A DNA stretch of 64,000 nucleotides. Origin: an uncultured delta proteobacterium (GTDB taxonomy: Bacteria > Myxococcota > Kuafuiibacteriia > Kuafuiibacteriales > Kuafuiibacteriaceae). Positions 13,010 through 21,937 of the stretch are shown here, piece after piece. Where the stretch lies: NCBI GenBank assembly GCA_963803435.1, contig CAWDML010000005.1:320001-384000 (forward strand), written 5' to 3'. Numbering within the stretch: the stretch's first letter is position 1; every line of letters starts with the position of its first letter. A program made the translations under genes and the position numbers. Below the pieces are notes generated by a model, which saw nothing but the letters and a program-made list of their open reading frames with translations, was not told the DNA's origin and made no database searches.

Positions 13010-14593
13010 CTACCGGCCGGCGCCGAAGCGCCGGAGCTCGACCGAGAGATCGTGCTGCAGCGCGGTGAGCTGCCGGGCCACCTGGTCTCGCTCGGCGTCG
13101 GTCTTGAGCGACGCCGGCAGCGGGATCGCCACGTGGCGGAGGCGGAAGGAGGCGGCAGCCATGTTCCCGCGCTTCTCTGCCAGCCGCTCGATCATCTTGC
13201 CCACCCGCCGGTAGCTCGCCGCCAGCGCGGCGGGCTCCGGGGTGATGCGCGTCTTCGTCTCGACATCGCTCGAGAGCGGCATCAATCGATCGTGAGAGGG
13301 ATGCGCGTCGGCTGCGCGTGTCCGCCGTCGCTTCGAGCGGCGGGCGATCCGCTTCGAGCGGACCGGCGGCGGCGGCGGCGCGGGCGGCGGGGCGACCTCG
13401 AGCTCCGGCGCGGGCGGAAGGGGCGGCGGAAGCAACGCCTGGACCGCCGGAGGAGCCGGCGGCGGCTCCGACTCGGTGCCGAGCGTGACCACCGCGAGGC
13501 CCGCGACCAGCAGCCCCACAGCTGCTCCGGCGCCGGCAATCCAAGGCCAGCGCGAGTCCGTCGCGCGCCTCTCGACGACCTCCGACCGCCGCCTCGGCGC
13601 CGGCTCGCTCCGGCTCCCCAGGTCCGGGAGCGGCGTCAATGCCGGCGCCGAGCCGACGAGCTCCCGGCGGCTGGGCAGCGTATTGAGCGCCTCGATCAAT
13701 CCTTGTGCGCTGGCGAAGCGATCGTCCGGGTGCCTCGCCAGCAGCCGCATCACGATCTGCTCCAGCTCCGGCGACACCACCGCGTTGGGGTTGATGTCGG
13801 TGAGCCGCGGCATCGGATGGCTGATCGTCCTCTGAATGATCTCGAACGCGTTGCCCTCGAAGGGCCCCCGCCCGGTCAGCATGTGGAACAGGACGATCCC
13901 GAGGCTGAATAGATCCGAGCGCGCGTCGACGCTGTCGCCGAAGGCCTGCTCCGGCGACATGAACGCCGGCGTCCCGACGATCACCCCGGCGCGGGTGAGA
14001 CGAGGATCGCGCCCGTTGGGCAAGAGCGCGATCCCGAAGTCCACGATCTTCGGAACCTCGACGTCGCGGTCGTGAACGACGACGACGTTCTCCAGCTTCA
14101 GGTCTCGATGGATGAGCCCGCGCGCGTGGAGGTGGCGCATGCCGCGGCAGAGATCGTGGGTGATGCGGACGGCGCGCTCCTCGTCGAACGTGCCCTCCTC
14201 GCGGAGGATCCGATCGAGCGTGCGGCCCTCGATGTACTCCATCACCAGGTAAAGCAGCCCGAGATCGCTCTCGCCGAAGTCGACCACCGACACCAGGTTG
14301 CGGTGCTCGAGCCGGCTCGCTGCCTCTGCCTCCTGCGCGAAGCGCGCGCGCATCGGCCCCTGAGCGGCGAGCTCGCCGAACAGGATCTTCACCGCGAAGC
14401 GGCGGCTCATGCGCACGTGATGGGCGAGATAGACGCGGCCCATGGCGCCCTCGCTGACCAGGCGCTCGATGCGGTACCGGCCCGCCAGGACGGTGCCGAG
14501 GATCGGGTCTTCGGCCGCCGGGGCCAGGACCGCGCCGTCGCGGGGACAGCGATGGAAGCCGCTCCGGTAGGTGGCGCGGCAGACGGAGCACAC
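13010..14593 (-). CDS. Ser/Thr protein kinase with N-terminal Cys cluster and a TM segment
   Basis: EGAMGRVY, AVK, HRDLKLEN, DFG, GTPAFMSPE; N-terminal C..C..HRCPRDG. Confidence 0.92.
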   Translation of the reverse strand: MCSVCRATYRSGFHRCPRDGAVLAPAAEDPILGTVLAGRYRIERLVSEGAMGRVYLAHHVRMSRRFAVKILFGELAAQGPMRARFAQEAEAASRLEHRNLVSVVDFGESDLGLLYLVMEYIEGRTLDRILREEGTFDEERAVRITHDLCRGMRHLHARGLIHRDLKLENVVVVHDRDVEVPKIVDFGIALLPNGRDPRLTRAGVIVGTPAFMSPEQAFGDSVDARSDLFSLGIVLFHMLTGRGPFEGNAFEIIQRTISHPMPRLTDINPNAVVSPELEQIVMRLLARHPDDRFASAQGLIEALNTLPSRRELVGSAPALTPLPDLGSRSEPAPRRRSEVVERRATDSRWPWIAGAGAAVGLLVAGLAVVTLGTESEPPPAPPAVQALLPPPLPPAPELEVAPPPAPPPPPVRSKRIARRSKRRRTRAADAHPSHDRLMPLSSDVETKTRITPEPAALAASYRRVGKMIERLAEKRGNMAAASFRLRHVAIPLPASLKTDAERDQVARQLTALQHDLSVELRRFGAGR

Positions 14594-14653
14594 CAGCGGC
14601 TCCGCGCTCTGGATTGCGGGAAGGCTCAGCGCCCCAATCTTAGGAGACCCGGC

Positions 14654-16849
14654 TCACGGTGTCACGGTGAGCGGGACGGTGATGGTCCAGCCGGAGGCGC
14701 CGTTCGCCTCGGTGAGCACGAACGTCGACTGGTACACGCCGGCGCTGTCAGAGGCGTCGGGAGCCAGGAGGTCGGCGAGGACGGCGCCCGTGACGCGATG
14801 GCTCGCGCCCAGGTTGCTCCCGGGGAACGGCGGATACTGGTTGTAGCCGGGGAGCTCGAAGGCATCGCCGTCGTACCAGGGCATGCCATCCTTCACTACG
14901 TCGTATTCCATCGTCATCGGGAACAGCGAGGTCGGGAGCACGGGCCCGGAGGCGAAGTCGTACGAGGGCTCGACGGGTGCGCCCGGGCCTGGCTTCAGCA
15001 CGAACAGGATCAGGATCGCGTTGTCCGCGTCGAACTCGGCTCGCGTGAACGACGTTCCCGAGGTGTATCCGGCGACCGCGGTCAGGGCGGACAGGACGCC
15101 GTCGTACTCGCGATCGAGCGCGTCGAACGGCTGGAAGATCGGATGCACTGTGGCCGGATCGCCGATGAAGCCCGCGCCCGTGTAAGCCGGGAGGAAGAGA
15201 TCGTTGAAGGTCTGATCGAGGAAGCGGAACGGCGGGTTCGTGTTGCCGTTGCCGATGAGGATGCTGATCTGCACCACGTCGACCACGGTCCAGGCTGGGT
15301 TGCCGAACGGCGTGCGGGTCACGCCCGGCAGGGGCGACTCGGGGCCACTCACCTCGACGGTCAGCGCGTACTGACCGGTGCCCGCCGCCGCGGTGGTGCT
15401 GCCGCGGACGAACAGGTAGTAGGTGCCGGCGGCGAGATCGTCGGCCCAGGACTGCGAGGCCGGGTGGATCCTCGAGCAGGGCGCGATGTCGGGGACGGGC
15501 GTGTCATCGATGCTGCCGATCCGGGTCGTTCCGTCCGAGTCGTAGAGATCGAGGACCGTGTCGAAGCTGCAGTTGGTGCCATCCCAGCCCGCGATCGCGT
15601 GGATGCGCGCGCCCTGCGGCACCATGACCGAGTAGACGTCCACGTCGCCGGCGGTGATGGTCCCGCGCACCGGCAGGCCATCGCCGGCGAGCCCGATCGA
15701 GGTGGCCGCCGTGTCGTTCGGCTCGACGTCGTTGAAGCCCGAGAGGATCTGCTTGGTCTGACGGGCGTCGCCGACCGAGTTCGTCGCGATCAGCAGGACG
15801 CTGGCGGTACCGCCGCTGACCGAGAAGTCGTAGCTGCCCGACGCCGTCCCCGGGAAGCCGGCGACCGGCTGGTTGTTCACGCGAAGCATGGTGGTATCGG
15901 TGTTGGTGGTGGACCACACGACCGTCGCCACGGTCGAGGCCTCGGTGTACTCGGGCGGCGTGAGATCGAACTGATCGATGATCGGGACCTCGAGCCCGCT
16001 CACCGTGATCATCTGCTCGGTCATCATCTGGGTCTGGGTTCGCGCCTGCAGCAGGAACGCGGTCGAGGGTGCGCTGATGGTGCGCGTCACGCTGCCGTGC
16101 CCGTCGGCGCCGAGCGTGTTCCAGGGCCGGACCACGACGCCGTCCTGAAGCACCTGGACCTCATATGCGCCCACCGTCTCCCAGCTGAGCGTGGTGAGGC
16201 CCCCGATCGCCACCGGATCCGGGCGGGCGGTGAAGCCGATGATCTGCGGCGGCACGTCCGCCACCATCACCGTCACGGTCTTCTCGTCGGTGCCCGACTC
16301 GGCGGTCACGTTGAGCGTGTACGTGCTGGTGATCTTCGGCGTCACGTCGAAGGAGCCGGTCGGATCCGCAGCGGAGAAGAGCTGACTTCCGTCGGGACCT
16401 TTGAGCGTCACGTCGGTCGGAGCATCGCCGCCGATCGTCCACTCGAGCGTGCTGGTCTGGTCGGGATCGATCGTGTTGGGCGTGGCGGTGAAGCTCTGGA
16501 TCCGGATGCCGCGCACGTCGACGCGGATCGCGGTGGAGCTCTGTCGCGAACCGTCCGTGCCCGTCGCGCTGAGCTGGAACGTGGTGGGCTCGAACAGCGC
16601 CGCGGTGGTGACGGTCCCGCTCCCGCCCTCGACGTTGGGGAGCGGGTTACCGGGCGGAGTCGCCACGATCTGCACGGTCGCGGCGTTGTTGACCTCCCAG
16701 GCCAACGTCACCGTCTCGCCGGCGCGGATCTGGCTCGCGCCTCCCGAGACCTCGAACTTCACGATCTCGACGGGGAGGATCGGTTCCTCCTTCTTGCAGC
16801 CGGCGACCATGCCGAACCAGAGAGGGAGGAGGAGTAGGAGCTGTCGCAT
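14654..16849 (-). CDS. Lipoprotein with tandem Ig-like repeats and a PPC-like domain
   Basis: Lipobox VAGC; repeated 'I.SF.A.P..I..G...TL.W'; DVEPNDT..GDVDVY..DTVLDLYD motif. Confidence 0.75.
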   Translation of the reverse strand: MRQLLLLLPLWFGMVAGCKKEEPILPVEIVKFEVSGGASQIRAGETVTLAWEVNNAATVQIVATPPGNPLPNVEGGSGTVTTAALFEPTTFQLSATGTDGSRQSSTAIRVDVRGIRIQSFTATPNTIDPDQTSTLEWTIGGDAPTDVTLKGPDGSQLFSAADPTGSFDVTPKITSTYTLNVTAESGTDEKTVTVMVADVPPQIIGFTARPDPVAIGGLTTLSWETVGAYEVQVLQDGVVVRPWNTLGADGHGSVTRTISAPSTAFLLQARTQTQMMTEQMITVSGLEVPIIDQFDLTPPEYTEASTVATVVWSTTNTDTTMLRVNNQPVAGFPGTASGSYDFSVSGGTASVLLIATNSVGDARQTKQILSGFNDVEPNDTAATSIGLAGDGLPVRGTITAGDVDVYSVMVPQGARIHAIAGWDGTNCSFDTVLDLYDSDGTTRIGSIDDTPVPDIAPCSRIHPASQSWADDLAAGTYYLFVRGSTTAAAGTGQYALTVEVSGPESPLPGVTRTPFGNPAWTVVDVVQISILIGNGNTNPPFRFLDQTFNDLFLPAYTGAGFIGDPATVHPIFQPFDALDREYDGVLSALTAVAGYTSGTSFTRAEFDADNAILILFVLKPGPGAPVEPSYDFASGPVLPTSLFPMTMEYDVVKDGMPWYDGDAFELPGYNQYPPFPGSNLGASHRVTGAVLADLLAPDASDSAGVYQSTFVLTEANGASGWTITVPLTVTP

Positions 16850-16853
16850 CGGA

Positions 16854-19154
16854 TTACCTCGTGCGGCGGCGCAGCAGCAGAAGACCGAACATCAGGACGA
16901 GCGCCAACGAGCCTGTGTTCGCACGGCCGGTGTAGCAGGCGCACCCGCCCTTGTCCTCGGAAAGGCGCTTCGGCGCGAGCACCGCGATGGAGAGCGGCTG
17001 GATGTCGGCGCGGTTGGCGTTGTCGACGACGTGGGCCACGAACGCGAAGACGCCGGGCTCGGTCGGGGTACCGGTGATCTGACCGTCAGAGGCCAGCGTG
17101 AGCCCGGGTGGGAGATCGCCTGCGCCTTCGATCCGGCTGAACGCCACCGGCGGCTCGCCGCCGCCGACGTCGAGCGCGGCCTGGTAGGGCTCGTCCACGT
17201 TGCCGTCGGGGAGCGTGGTCGTCGACAGGACGAAGCCCACCTCGCTGTCGACGACGAGGACGAACAGCGAGCTGTCGGACAGCCCGGTCTGATCGTGCAC
17301 GCGCACTGTGAATGGGAACCTGCCCACGCGGGTGGGTGTGCCGCAGAGATCGCCGGCACCGCTGAGCGTGATCCCTGGAGGAAGGTCGCCGACCGCGCTC
17401 CAGACGTACGGCTCCACGCCGCGGGTCGCCTCGAAGCGGATCGTGCTCTGCTTGCAGTAGTCCTGATTGATGATCGCATTCGGCAGGACGGTCTGTGCGA
17501 TCGCGAGCGTGTCCTCCGGGCTGACGACGCGGACCAAAAAGTCGTGGCCGGCGGTCGCGCCGATCGCGTCCTCGACGCGGACGGCAAACGGTTGAGCGCC
17601 GACGAGGTCGGGGGTGCCGGAGAGGCGACCGTCGGTGTCGAAGTCGAGGCGGAATGGGATCTCGCCGACGGGGCTCCAGCGGTACGGCGGCTGTCCGCCC
17701 ACCGCGACCATCTGGGCCTCGTACGCCCGACCTCGAACGCCGGTCGGCAGCCCGATCTCCACCACCTCCAGCGGAACCGTCGTCTCGATGACGCGGATCG
17801 AGAAGCGCCGGTCGGCGACGGCCGTGCCCGCGTGCCCCCGCAGCGTGAAGTCGAACTGCCCCGTCTTCGTGGGGGTGCCGGAGATCAGGCCGGCCGCGTC
17901 GAGCGTGAGGCCGTCGGGGAGCGCGCCGTCGCTGACGGAGAACGTGACGATCAAGGGCCCGCTCGCGTAGACGCCGACCTGGTAGGAGACGCCGACCGTC
18001 GCGTTCGGCAAGTTGTTGGTCAGGAACTGGATCGCGGACTGGTAGATCTGGATTTGGGGACCGACGACCGTGTTGTCGTCCCGGTCCGGCTCGGAGAAGG
18101 TCTCGTCCGGATCGACGATCAGGCCCACGTAGTAGCTCCCGGGCGCCACCTGGAACGGGACGTTCATCAGGTCGATGGCGTAGTCGTCGTCGTCGGCGGG
18201 GATCATCGCGGAGAAGCGGCCCAGCTCGACGTCCGCGGTGGTGATCGTCTGATCGGTCGAGAGATAGAACGCGTACTCGACCGTCGCGTCGACCACGCCC
18301 GAGTTCGCCAGCGAGCGTGTGATCGCGAGCTGCTCGCCGACCGCGCCCTCGGCGGGGACATCGATGAAGCGACCGCTCAGGTCGGGCGAAGGCGCGACGA
18401 TCGAGATCTCCTGAGGGATCCGTCCGATGTTGTTCCCGAGGCTCGTCTCGGGGACCTCGCCGAGCTGGTCGAGGATGACGCCGATGTAGCCGGTCGCGGT
18501 CGAGGTCGGCAGCATCACCATGTCCGAGACGCGGAGCTGCCCGCCGGGAGGGACGCTCACCGGACCCATCTGCGCGAGGTGCGTGGAGAAGACGCGGATT
18601 TGGGGCGTGTCGGAGTAGTAGTAGTCGTAGTGGAAGTTGGTGGCCGCGACCGGGCCCTCGTTCGTGATGGTGAGATCGATCTGATAGGGGCCGCCGGCGA
18701 AGCCGTAGCCCGGGCCCTGGATGTCGCCGACCCGAAGGTCGGCGCCGCGCATGGTGAGCTGTTGGGCGGCGGCGAGCGCGTTGTTCGTCTCGTCGCTCTC
18801 GGCGACCTGATGGTTGGAGTCGACCTCCACGAACACGTTCCAGGTGGCGGCGGGCACCACGCCCATCGGGAACGAGGCGGTGAACGCCGTCGGGCCGGCG
18901 TCGCCGGTGAAGAGGACCGTGCCGGTGTAGAGCGGCGTGTCGCTGGGATCGAGGACACCGTCGGAGGAGACCACCACGCGATACGCGACGGAGCCCACGA
19001 AGACGCCGCCGAACGTGCCGGTGACCGTCAGCATCGTGCCCAGCTCTACGGTGGTCGGGCTCACATTGGCGGAGGCGGTGACGAGGTCGACCGTCTGGGC
19101 GAAGGCCGTCGCCGGAAGGACGGCCAGCATCGGGGCGATCCAGGGTGCGCGCAT
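16854..19154 (-). CDS. CARDB plus putative-Ig (He_PIG) surface protein with MYXO-CTERM sorting signal
   Basis: VAESDETNN CARDB motifs; LPPGLTL..G.I.GTPT repeats; C-terminal GGCAC...LLLLRRRTR. Confidence 0.85.
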   Translation of the reverse strand: MRAPWIAPMLAVLPATAFAQTVDLVTASANVSPTTVELGTMLTVTGTFGGVFVGSVAYRVVVSSDGVLDPSDTPLYTGTVLFTGDAGPTAFTASFPMGVVPAATWNVFVEVDSNHQVAESDETNNALAAAQQLTMRGADLRVGDIQGPGYGFAGGPYQIDLTITNEGPVAATNFHYDYYYSDTPQIRVFSTHLAQMGPVSVPPGGQLRVSDMVMLPTSTATGYIGVILDQLGEVPETSLGNNIGRIPQEISIVAPSPDLSGRFIDVPAEGAVGEQLAITRSLANSGVVDATVEYAFYLSTDQTITTADVELGRFSAMIPADDDDYAIDLMNVPFQVAPGSYYVGLIVDPDETFSEPDRDDNTVVGPQIQIYQSAIQFLTNNLPNATVGVSYQVGVYASGPLIVTFSVSDGALPDGLTLDAAGLISGTPTKTGQFDFTLRGHAGTAVADRRFSIRVIETTVPLEVVEIGLPTGVRGRAYEAQMVAVGGQPPYRWSPVGEIPFRLDFDTDGRLSGTPDLVGAQPFAVRVEDAIGATAGHDFLVRVVSPEDTLAIAQTVLPNAIINQDYCKQSTIRFEATRGVEPYVWSAVGDLPPGITLSGAGDLCGTPTRVGRFPFTVRVHDQTGLSDSSLFVLVVDSEVGFVLSTTTLPDGNVDEPYQAALDVGGGEPPVAFSRIEGAGDLPPGLTLASDGQITGTPTEPGVFAFVAHVVDNANRADIQPLSIAVLAPKRLSEDKGGCACYTGRANTGSLALVLMFGLLLLRRRTR

Positions 19155-19218
19155 GGGCGCCCATAGTAGGGAGCGGGTGCGGGATCGCCAGCGTTTTTTG
19201 TCGGGGCGTGTGCGCCCG

Positions 19219-19419
19219 TTAGGGCGATTCGCGTCGTGACTCGTCGCGTTGGGCGGCGGCTCGGAGGCCACGCGCCAGCCGATCTCCCACCGCCACCGGC
19301 GGACCGGTCGCCTTCTTCTTCCGCGTCGGCCAGCCCGAGATCTTCTGGATCACGAAGAGGAGCGCGAACGACGCGATGACGAGCGATGCGACCTCTTGGC
19401 CCAGATCCGGGCCGAACAT
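19219..19419 (-). CDS. Small single-TM protein downstream of feoB (66 aa)
   Basis: ATG overlaps the feoB stop (TGATG); MFGPDLGQEVASLVIASFALLFVIQK followed by a basic tail. Confidence 0.6.
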   Translation of the reverse strand: MFGPDLGQEVASLVIASFALLFVIQKISGWPTRKKKATGPPVAVGDRLARGLRAAAQRDESRRESP

Positions 19420-21653
19420 CACGTGAACCCCAGCAGGCGCCCGCCCTGATAGACGAGCAGCGAACCGACGTACGCCAAGATCGTCATGTACGTGAACATG
19501 AAGACCGGCCATCGCCAGGAGTTCGTCTCCCGCCGCACCACCGCCAGCGTGCTCATGCACTGGCAGGCGAGCACGAAGAAGATCATCAGCGAGAGCCCGA
19601 CCAGCGGCGTGTAGAGCGCGCGGCCGGTCTTCGGATCCTTCTCGTTTCGGATCGCCTCGCGGAGCGAGACGCTGTTCTCGTTGGCCTCGCCGAGTCCGTA
19701 GACCAGGCCGAGCGTGGAGACCAGCACCTCCCGGGCGGCGAAGCTGGCGAGCAGCCCGACCCCGATCTTCCAGTCGAAGCCGAGCGGCGCAATCGCGGGC
19801 TCGATCGCATGTCCGATCCGTCCCGCGAAGCTGTGCTGCAGGCGGTCGGCCTCGACCCGCTCGTCGATCCGCTTCAGCGCCTCGTTCCGGCGGCGGATCA
19901 TCTCTCGCACGTGGGCCTCGCCCCTGCGATTCTTCACCAGCGACATCTCGAACGCCTTGAGGATCGTACTGGTCTCGCCGACGGCGTCGAAGCTCGGCTT
20001 CACGTCGCGCGGGAAGTAGAGCAGCGCCCAGAGCACGATCGAGCAGGCGAGGATCACCGTGCCGGCGTCGCGAACGAAGACGCGGCAGCGATCGTAGGCC
20101 CGCCGCAGCACGCTCTTCACGTCGGGCATGCGGTACGGCGGCAGCTCCAGCACCAGCGGCGGCGTGGGGCTCTTCAACACGGTTCGTTTGAGGACGTATG
20201 CCGCGAGCACGGTCATCACGATCGACAGCAGGTACATGCTGAGGAGGAGGAGCCCGCCCACGGAGAAGATGCCGAGCACCTTCTGGTTCGAGGCGAACAG
20301 CGCGGCGATCACCAGCGCGTACACGGGCAGCCGCGCCGAGCAGGAGACCAGCGGCGCCACCATGATCGTGACCAGGCGGTCGCGCCGGTTCTCGATCGTG
20401 CGGGTGGCCATGATGGCGGGGACCGCGCAGGCGAAACCGGAGAGGAGCGGGACGAAGGCGCGGCCGTGCAGCCCGATCTTCGCCATCATGCGATCGGAGA
20501 TGAAGGCGGCCCGCGCCAGGTAGCCCGTGTCCTCCAGGATCGCGATGAACAGGAAGAGGATCGCGATCTGGGGGATGAACACCAGCACGTTGCCGACGCC
20601 GCCGATGACGCCGTCCGCGAACAGATCGACCAGCGCACCGGCCGGCGCGATGCTGCGCAGGCCTTCCTGCGTCAGCTTCATACCGCCCTCGATCAGCCGC
20701 ATCAGCGGCTCGGCCCAGGCGAAGATGCTCTGGAACAGGGCAGCCATGATCGCGATGAAGATGACGAAGCCGGCAGCGGGGTGCAGGAGGATCGAGTCGA
20801 GTCGATCGGTCGTGTTCTCCGAGATCCGGCCGCTCTTCTTGGCGGCGCTCTCCGCGATGCGGCGGGCGATCTGATACCGCGCCTCGATCACGTGGGCAGG
20901 AAACTCCGCCGAGGGGAGGACGCGCTCCGCGACCTCGACCGCGCCGCCGAGGTCGAGCGTCTTGAGCGGGTCGTCGGACTGCCCCCGCACTCCGGCCTTC
21001 CGGGTGGCACCGAGCGAGGAGAGGATCCAGATCGCCTCCGCCTCTGCCGAGTGGCCGTTCGCATGCGTCACGCTCTCCGTGACCGTACCGATCGCCGCCT
21101 CCTCCTCGGTGCGCAGCTTCCAGGCGCGCAAGGTGGGTTGCGGTGGTTCGTCGAGCGCGCGCAGGATCTGGTCGCGGAGCACCTCCACGCCGGTGCCCGA
21201 TTTGGCCACCACCGGGATCACCGGAACGCCGAGCGCACGCGAGATCGCCGCCGGATCGATGTCGAGGCCGTTCGCCTGGGCGACGTCCATCATGTTGAGG
21301 GCGATCAGCGCCGGTCGACCGAGCTCGAGGATCGAGAGCGCCAGGTAGAGGTTGCGGTCGAGGTTGGAGGCGTCGACGACGACGATGGTGAGGCTGGGCG
21401 GCGGATCCTCGGTGCGGCCGGTGAGGACCTCGAACGCGATCGCTTCGTCGCGGCTGCGCGAGATGAGCGAGTAGGCGCCGGGGAGGTCGATCAGGACCAG
21501 GGAGCGCTCGCCGATCTTGGCGCGGCCCGACCGGCGCTCGACGGTGATTCCAGGATAGTTGCCGACCTTGTGATTGAGCCCGGTGAGCTTGTTGAACAGC
21601 GTCGTCTTACCGGAGTTGGGATTGCCGGCCAGCGCAACGGTCGTGGTCGTCAT
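19419..21653 (-). CDS. feoB: Ferrous iron transporter B
   Basis: GNPNSGKT, VGNYPGITVE, DLPG and LNMMD GTPase motifs; FACAVPAIMATR; SCSARLPVY. Confidence 0.97.
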   Translation of the reverse strand: MTTTTVALAGNPNSGKTTLFNKLTGLNHKVGNYPGITVERRSGRAKIGERSLVLIDLPGAYSLISRSRDEAIAFEVLTGRTEDPPPSLTIVVVDASNLDRNLYLALSILELGRPALIALNMMDVAQANGLDIDPAAISRALGVPVIPVVAKSGTGVEVLRDQILRALDEPPQPTLRAWKLRTEEEAAIGTVTESVTHANGHSAEAEAIWILSSLGATRKAGVRGQSDDPLKTLDLGGAVEVAERVLPSAEFPAHVIEARYQIARRIAESAAKKSGRISENTTDRLDSILLHPAAGFVIFIAIMAALFQSIFAWAEPLMRLIEGGMKLTQEGLRSIAPAGALVDLFADGVIGGVGNVLVFIPQIAILFLFIAILEDTGYLARAAFISDRMMAKIGLHGRAFVPLLSGFACAVPAIMATRTIENRRDRLVTIMVAPLVSCSARLPVYALVIAALFASNQKVLGIFSVGGLLLLSMYLLSIVMTVLAAYVLKRTVLKSPTPPLVLELPPYRMPDVKSVLRRAYDRCRVFVRDAGTVILACSIVLWALLYFPRDVKPSFDAVGETSTILKAFEMSLVKNRRGEAHVREMIRRRNEALKRIDERVEADRLQHSFAGRIGHAIEPAIAPLGFDWKIGVGLLASFAAREVLVSTLGLVYGLGEANENSVSLREAIRNEKDPKTGRALYTPLVGLSLMIFFVLACQCMSTLAVVRRETNSWRWPVFMFTYMTILAYVGSLLVYQGGRLLGFT

Positions 21654-21877
21654 GACTCCTGCTCGATCGTGAAGGCGCGTGCTTCCGTCGAGCGAATCGA
21701 GAGCAGATAGCCGCCGACCTGCAGCTGGAGGGGCCCGCCGAACGGCGCCCGTTTTTTCACCGCCACGGATGCGCCCGGCACCAGGCCCATCTCCATCAAC
21801 CGCAGGATGACGCCGTCCCGGGTGTCGACCGCCGCGATCCGCGCGGGATGGTTGTTTCGGAGCTGGTCCAGCGTCAC
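21650..21877 (-). CDS. feoA: Ferrous iron transport protein A
   Basis: RLMEMGLVPG..RAPFGGP motif; overlaps the feoB start. Confidence 0.93.
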   Translation of the reverse strand: MTLDQLRNNHPARIAAVDTRDGVILRLMEMGLVPGASVAVKKRAPFGGPLQLQVGGYLLSIRSTEARAFTIEQES

Positions 21878-21897
21878 GGTCCCAAGGTGAGTTTGTT

Positions 21898-21916
21898 GAG
21901 AATGAAAGTCAATATC
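21898..21916. promoter_or_regulatory. Putative Fur box upstream of feoAB
   Basis: GAGAATGAAAGTCAATATC matches the consensus GATAATGATAATCATTATC at 15/19; AT-rich patch 20 bp upstream of feoA. Confidence 0.75.
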
Positions 21917-21937
21917 AGTGACGAGCGCATAGGGGAT

